Shown here piece by piece: positions 32,601-35,595 of a stretch of DNA of 35,595 bases. Positions within the stretch are counted from its first letter, which is position 1. Each line of letters starts with the position of its first letter. This stretch comes from Acutalibacteraceae bacterium. Its GTDB lineage: Bacteria > Bacillota > Clostridia > Oscillospirales > Acutalibacteraceae. Below the pieces are notes generated by a model that searched no databases, was not told where the DNA came from, and saw nothing but the letters and a program-made list of their open reading frames with translations. The translations under genes and the position numbers were made by a program. The DNA is taken from positions 1 through 35,595 of the forward strand of contig JAZOPP010000007.1 in the NCBI GenBank assembly GCA_045655625.1. Reading direction: 5' to 3'.

Positions 32601-35595
32601 ACGAGGGTGATGTAATCAGATTCGTAAAGTGCCATCTGGTCGATATAAATATCGCCGGAACCTGCGTGATATCTGATTTCAAGATCGATTTCGGTGTTCT
32701 GTCCGGAGAAGAAGGGGATAGTAACCTTCTGGTATTCCGGCAAACCAACAGAACCGATACCAACTCCGCGACCTGCGCCGAGTTCTTCACCGGTCTGAGA
32801 GCCTTTAAGCTTGGCTATCTCAAGGCTGCTGGGTTCCAGCAGTTTTGTATCATATGTGTACTGGTTTACCCAGTAGAAGGTGAATACGTAGTTGGTATTC
32901 TCCTTAAGACCGGTCAGCTTGGTACCGAAGCTGTTGTTTCTGTGGAATGCACGAAGCATCTGGTTGCCATCGTAAGCGTAGATGTCGAAGTCGCCTGTAC
33001 CAACGTTGGGTCTGCTGTCGCCGCCTGCAAAGGGCTTATCAGCCGAGCTGCCAACAAAAGCATCGAAACTATATAACTGCTTGTTGCCTTCGTTTACCCA
33101 CCAACCTGCGGTTTCGCTAAGACTTACGCCTGCCTGCAGGTTTTCAAATCCGGAGTCGGGAACAAGGTTGTAAATATCAAACTTAGCAGTAAGCTTAGTA
33201 AATTCAACAGCGGGGAAGGTATAGGTTTCATCCTCAGAAACGAGTTTGCCATCCTTATACCAGCCTTTAAACTTGTTAGCCATATAGGTGCTTACAGAAA
33301 CGGAAGCATTAGTGCCATAAGCAAAGGTTTGAATAGCATCGCAATTCAGATAGCCGGGATAAATATCATCCATTTCCATCTCCGCCTTGATAACGAAGGG
33401 AGAGGAAGCGGTATCATAAACAACAACGTCATCGATATAAATCGAAGAAGCTGTGCCGGTGTATTTAATTACGAAGTAGATGCTGGTAGCCGAGCCGGTG
33501 TTGAAGTTAGCAAAGAACTTCTGCCAATCACCGGTAGCGTCAGCACCGTCGTATTCGCCTATGAGCGAATTATCAGCTGCGTTGAACACCTTAACGTAGT
33601 CAAGGCCAAAGCCTTCGCCTATTCTGGAGAGCATCCAGTTAAAACCAAGGTGATAGGTCTTGTCTGCAGCAACTGCAACGTTGGCGTGACGGATATCAAG
33701 GCCCGAAGCACCACCAATGTTGATGCTGTTATCGCCGCTCTTAGCCCTGAGATTAACAACGTTGCCATAAGCTTCGTTAGAGCTAATGGTCCATTCATTG
33801 CCGTTGCCAACAACGCTGGTAGCAATCTCGGTGTTTTCATAACCTGCGTCGGTCATGAGGTTGTTGCGCTCAAACTTAGCAACAAGAGTAGTGTTCTTTA
33901 CAACGGTGCATTCGAATTTGGCGTTTTCGGAAACAAGTTTGCTTCCATCATACCAACCCTTGAATACGTTACCATCGTAAGCAACTGCCTCAAAGTTAAC
34001 AACAGTACCGGAGATAAGCTCGTTATGTTCGGTGTCACCAACTAGGTATCCGGCGTATGCTCCGCCATTGGATTCCAGTTCGGCTTTAATGTTATATCTG
34101 TTGGGGTCATAAATGAATTTAGCAGTATATTTTTCGCCCGAAGCAGAATGAACAGACAATTTCTTATCGGTGGAAACTAACTGATTGTTCTCATCATACC
34201 AGCCGTCGAAGAGGTATCCTGCATTTGCCTTTGCGTAATAATCAAAGTACATATCAGAATAGAGCGGTTTTGAGGGATCAATACTGTTAACAAACGGATC
34301 AGCCTCGCCACGCTTAGCGGTAGCCTCAAAAGCAGGAACCTTGGTGATGTTGTTGGAATAAACGGATCCGTTTTCACCTGCTTGAATAGTGGGTAGTGCA
34401 GTACCGCTGTTAACCTCAGTGAATGACATATTGTCAAAATAGATGGGGTCAACAATAGACTGTAATGTTCCTAAGGTGAGGAATACCTTGCCGGTTGTAG
34501 GAGCGTTGAATACGATATAGAGATCAACCCATTCGTTAGCGCTGGAAGACAGTTTGTTGCTGCTGAATGTGTTTTCTTTATTATCGTCGTTAAGCGCCTG
34601 AGTTATTTTACCCCAAGACCAAAGATAACCATTAACGTTATCAAGAATATCATTTGTGTTATCATTGGTGTAATTTACGGTCTGCGAATGGAAAGAATAT
34701 CCGGTGTCGTTGAAGCCGCCCTGCCACTGCGGACGTCCGCTGCTATGCCATTCGTCAATCGAGAAATTGAGGAATTGTGTATTCGAATCATATGCAGGAG
34801 ATACAAATGCATAGTTAAATCTCCAAACATACTGCTTGCCTGCCTCAACCTCAACCTGGTAGTTAAGAAGGTTCTTTTTCTTATCATCGCTGCCCGACTG
34901 GGTGGGAGTGATCATAAGAACTTTCTCGCCGTACTCAGGTCCGTTGGATTTGAGGGGGTTCTTAACCACATTGTAGGTGGGAGCGGGAGTGTTGGGTGCG
35001 TAGTGAGGCATATTCTGCCAGGTTTCATCAGTAATGGCGCAACCGGTTTCAAAGTCACCATCAAATATCTGGTTCTGGTTAGTGAACTTTGCATACTTAG
35101 CGGTGCTTGTAGTGCTGTCTATGGTAGTCTCAGTAGTAACAAGAGTAGCGGAATCGCTGCGATCAGTATACCAGCCGAGGAACTTATTACCGTAGAAAGC
35201 CTTAGCGGTGTATGTATCATCACCGTTGTCGATAACGGCACCGCCATCAGAACCTGCAACTGCAAGATCAAACTTGGCAGTATACTGCTTGCCGGTCATC
35301 AGCAGGGGAGCGGTAAGGTCGGTCGAAACAAGTGTGTTACCATCGTACCAGCCTGCGAAGGTGCTGCCGGTATCTGCCTTAGCAGTATACTTCTCATAAA
35401 TAGAAGGATAGTAAACCTTGGTGGTGTCTCTGCCGGTGTAAACGCTTGCGTTACCACGTGCATATGTGGTGTAAACGTAGTAGTCTTCGCCCTGACGATA
35501 TTCCTGAGCAGTAACAGAACCACCATCGGTAGCAGTAACGGTGCTCATGGAGTTAGCGGCAGCCTTGGAAACCGACATATTGTCGATATAGAAGG
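29624..35595 (-). CDS. Giant modular cell-surface protein (>1989 aa; N-terminus off the right edge) with repeated CBM-like and FxGWY repeat modules and a C-terminal membrane anchor
   Basis: A single open frame runs from the window edge to TAA 29624-29626. The codons upstream of the ORF-track Met (35578) read ...FYIDN-M-SVS, which copies the internal module-end motif IYFDNMSFT, so that Met is internal. Its stop overlaps the ATG of the downstream hydrolase gene (TAATG). Confidence 0.9.
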   Translation of the reverse strand, partial: FYIDNMSVSKAAANSMSTVTATDGGSVTAQEYRQGEDYYVYTTYARGNASVYTGRDTTKVYYPSIYEKYTAKADTGSTFAGWYDGNTLVSTDLTAPLLMTGKQYTAKFDLAVAGSDGGAVIDNGDDTYTAKAFYGNKFLGWYTDRSDSATLVTTETTIDSTTSTAKYAKFTNQNQIFDGDFETGCAITDETWQNMPHYAPNTPAPTYNVVKNPLKSNGPEYGEKVLMITPTQSGSDDKKKNLLNYQVEVEAGKQYVWRFNYAFVSPAYDSNTQFLNFSIDEWHSSGRPQWQGGFNDTGYSFHSQTVNYTNDNTNDILDNVNGYLWSWGKITQALNDDNKENTFSSNKLSSSANEWVDLYIVFNAPTTGKVFLTLGTLQSIVDPIYFDNMSFTEVNSGTALPTIQAGENGSVYSNNITKVPAFEATAKRGEADPFVNSIDPSKPLYSDMYFDYYAKANAGYLFDGWYDENNQLVSTDKKLSVHSASGEKYTAKFIYDPNRYNIKAELESNGGAYAGYLVGDTEHNELISGTVVNFEAVAYDGNVFKGWYDGSKLVSENAKFECTVVKNTTLVAKFERNNLMTDAGYENTEIATSVVGNGNEWTISSNEAYGNVVNLRAKSGDNSINIGGASGLDIRHANVAVAADKTYHLGFNWMLSRIGEGFGLDYVKVFNAADNSLIGEYDGADATGDWQKFFANFNTGSATSIYFVIKYTGTASSIYIDDVVVYDTASSPFVIKAEMEMDDIYPGYLNCDAIQTFAYGTNASVSVSTYMANKFKGWYKDGKLVSEDETYTFPAVEFTKLTAKFDIYNLVPDSGFENLQAGVSLSETAGWWVNEGNKQLYSFDAFVGSSADKPFAGGDSRPNVGTGDFDIYAYDGNQMLRAFHRNNSFGTKLTGLKENTNYVFTFYWVNQYTYDTKLLEPSSLEIAKLKGSQTGEELGAGRGVGIGSVGLPEYQKVTIPFFSGQNTEIDLEIRYHAGSGDIYIDQMALYESDYITLVEGEGGSIDTTFNGGVSGPAQKGDKIVLNAVPDAGYEFAGWYDYTDSSKVLSDDKDLEDGMFDRLTFKANGAAAIAAYFKKIGSNDALINYFVDGDFENNCLIPPTFDHPHDGTDWCSYGITTMAGTTPAYSGKNCLQLRAHSRYTNFLISNLEPFTTYTVSMAYYAPEYVNFGSVTVNERRREWERVEEKDPTGVFKVNKVRNFSIADRVSEQCLGYIGLNDRDTEGKWNTLEFTFTTNNRTEAYMQFSYGRPKGSDNLFVDDIKIMKTSSGYTDELVNGDFEAQNTADGWKGVYTTKTEGENDFAALSQVEELSQNLILKRFTDYTVSFKARSAQGGTLRYGMTRGGQELFNNGVSNAFTGYSWGEANLTSEWKEYSFDIASTDVLHYTLHFLNANNSDVEVDDVKIEKSTNLKKIDKTGFEAIDGEVLRDSTVQTVTTNLTNGSGDWQANLALNKKFYELYTATSAGDAKVHSGVGSLVMKKDPSSELTKDEKSAYAKTGAPLSQNFALFQLQFGKTYEISYWVKAAEAGTTFKSMLIETDPSWYLTEVVGEEITAGTEWTKVTHKITVGETIMTGNGRVYFVLNRIDSALKSDVYIDDIEVVQTASSVIDEKAENLYTQDISQNYIENYSFEKATGALGAFSKADKNAVYGDKIGSFKAGDKVIVPVNTRTEFKQTFSETYTLAASVRGNASAQGSIYVAIDPEGKTPLASFKTDKAVKISPNTNGKWVRSGFTFADERFTTLYLVIECTAGSFDVDYLEFFNADYGYKTVQYDEQVITFDPNGDAVVDANAGSKGNYIAGSITGLPSGSKIILKGTKTYSAEIADDGAYEITKIANGTYDMYIAASDAENMTLWGDITFKNTVLSGLACERLNGNVTNVTGQGVRNGIVKIVDGDSEWAYLTATNATGDYSAYILDCNWYIEGTTNEAETLGTVTLEQFHSGAATLAVAAVETTDMGGQSTAPVVCLMVMMVAAAALVLTRKKGVSM
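29627..29716 (-). other. C-terminal tripartite anchor/sorting-signal-like tail (polar motif, hydrophobic helix, basic cluster) without LPXTG
   Basis: The last 30 aa are GQSTAPVVCLMVMMVAAAALVLTRKKGVSM, preceded by ...AVETTDMG. The hydrophobic helix covers aa 1959-1976 (nt 29651-29704) and is followed by RKK. There is no LPXTG-like pentapeptide in the preceding 60 aa. Confidence 0.6.
29819..30262 (-). other. Two carboxypeptidase-regulatory-like (prealbumin-fold) domains near the C-terminus of the giant protein
   Basis: aa ~1773-1920. GSITGLPSGSKIILKGTKTYSAEIADDGAYEITKIANGTYDMYI and GNVTNVTGQGVRNGIVKIVDGDSEWAYLTATNATGDYSAYIL fit the G-x-V...G-x-x-V...tD-x-x-G-x-Y...G-x-Y pattern. Confidence 0.45.
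30302..35595 (-). repeat. Protein-level array of eight divergent beta-sandwich (CBM4/9/22-like, galactose-binding-like) modules
   Basis: Each module opens with an aromatic/acidic (N/D)GDFE or GFEN-type motif and closes with a hydrophobic-x-(I/V)D(D/N/Q)-hydrophobic strand.
Opening motifs: aa 173 DGDFE, 578 GYEN, 809 SGFEN, 1086 DGDFE, 1272 NGDFE, 1414 GFE, 1624 NYSFE.
Closing motifs: edge FYIDNMSV, 379 IYFDNMSF, 714 YIDDVVVY, 977 IYIDQMAL, 1252 LFVDDIKI, 1394 VEVDDVKI, 1590 VYIDDIEV, 1750 FDVDYLEF.
Approximate nt spans: 34415-35071, 33413-33865, 32618-33172, 31796-32341, 31370-31783, 30782-31357, 30302-30745.
The DNA copies are highly diverged. Confidence 0.6.
32366..35359 (-). repeat. Six FxGWY...(A)KF repeats resembling the Listeria/Bacteroides (InlB B-repeat, Flg_new) domain, interleaved with the CBM-like modules
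   Basis: - FAGWYDGNTLVSTD...YTAKF (nt 35270-35359)
- FLGWYTDRSD...YAKF (35084-35182)
- FDGWYDENNQLVSTD...YTAKF (34115-34210)
- FKGWYDGSKLVSEN...LVAKF (33872-33964)
- FKGWYKDGKLVSED...LTAKF (33179-33271)
- FAGWYDYTDSSKVLSDD...AAYF (32366-32491)

The family assignment is by eye only. Confidence 0.55.

Noticed and set aside
29624-35595. DNA-level tandem repeats, a recent duplication or a variable-number repeat (phase or antigenic variation) in the giant gene.
   Set aside because: The repeated protein motifs (YIDD, FxGWY, AKF) are encoded by clearly different nucleotide strings in each copy. I saw no long identical DNA repeats, homopolymer tracts or invertible-element-like inverted repeats in the visible part.

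Overview
All calls below were made by eye from the sequence and ORF track; no HMM, BLAST or folding computation was run. The window looks like a Firmicutes (Clostridia-like) chromosome segment. That assignment is an inference from gene content: glmS ribozyme, a KOW gene between map and infA, zinc-ribbon L24/S14/L36, and a class I BirA next to BioY.

Layout:
(i) 1-7110, housekeeping genes. These are the glmM 3' end, the glmS ribozyme plus glmS, a minus-strand acpP / birA-bioY-rluA-family block, an archaeal-type proS and a HAD-IIA phosphatase.
(ii) 7197-22907, a complete and uninterrupted S10-spc-alpha ribosomal supercluster of 32 genes (rpsJ to rplQ, including secY, adk, map, a KOW protein, infA, rpmJ and rpoA). 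It runs from one near-consensus promoter with a ~276-nt leader to a long hairpin terminator.
(iii) 22909-35595, a less conserved region:
- mtaB.
- A His-free HPr-like protein.
- A PqqD-like (RiPP-recognition-element-like) protein whose stop abuts the start of a single fused ABC exporter.
- A divergent pair of unknown function (membrane protein plus lipoprotein).
- A membrane-anchored clan GH-A glycoside hydrolase.
- A giant modular surface protein of more than 1989 aa, built from alternating FxGWY...AKF repeats and CBM-like beta-sandwich modules. It runs off the right edge of the window.

I found no rRNA or tRNA genes, CRISPR arrays, transposases or integrases, prophage genes or recognisable defence genes. 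I cannot point to a convincingly novel system. The best candidates for follow-up are the orphan PqqD-ABC cassette with its divergent neighbours, the His-less HPr-like protein, the structured S10 leader, and the giant multi-CBM protein with its TAATG-coupled hydrolase and non-LPXTG C-terminal anchor.
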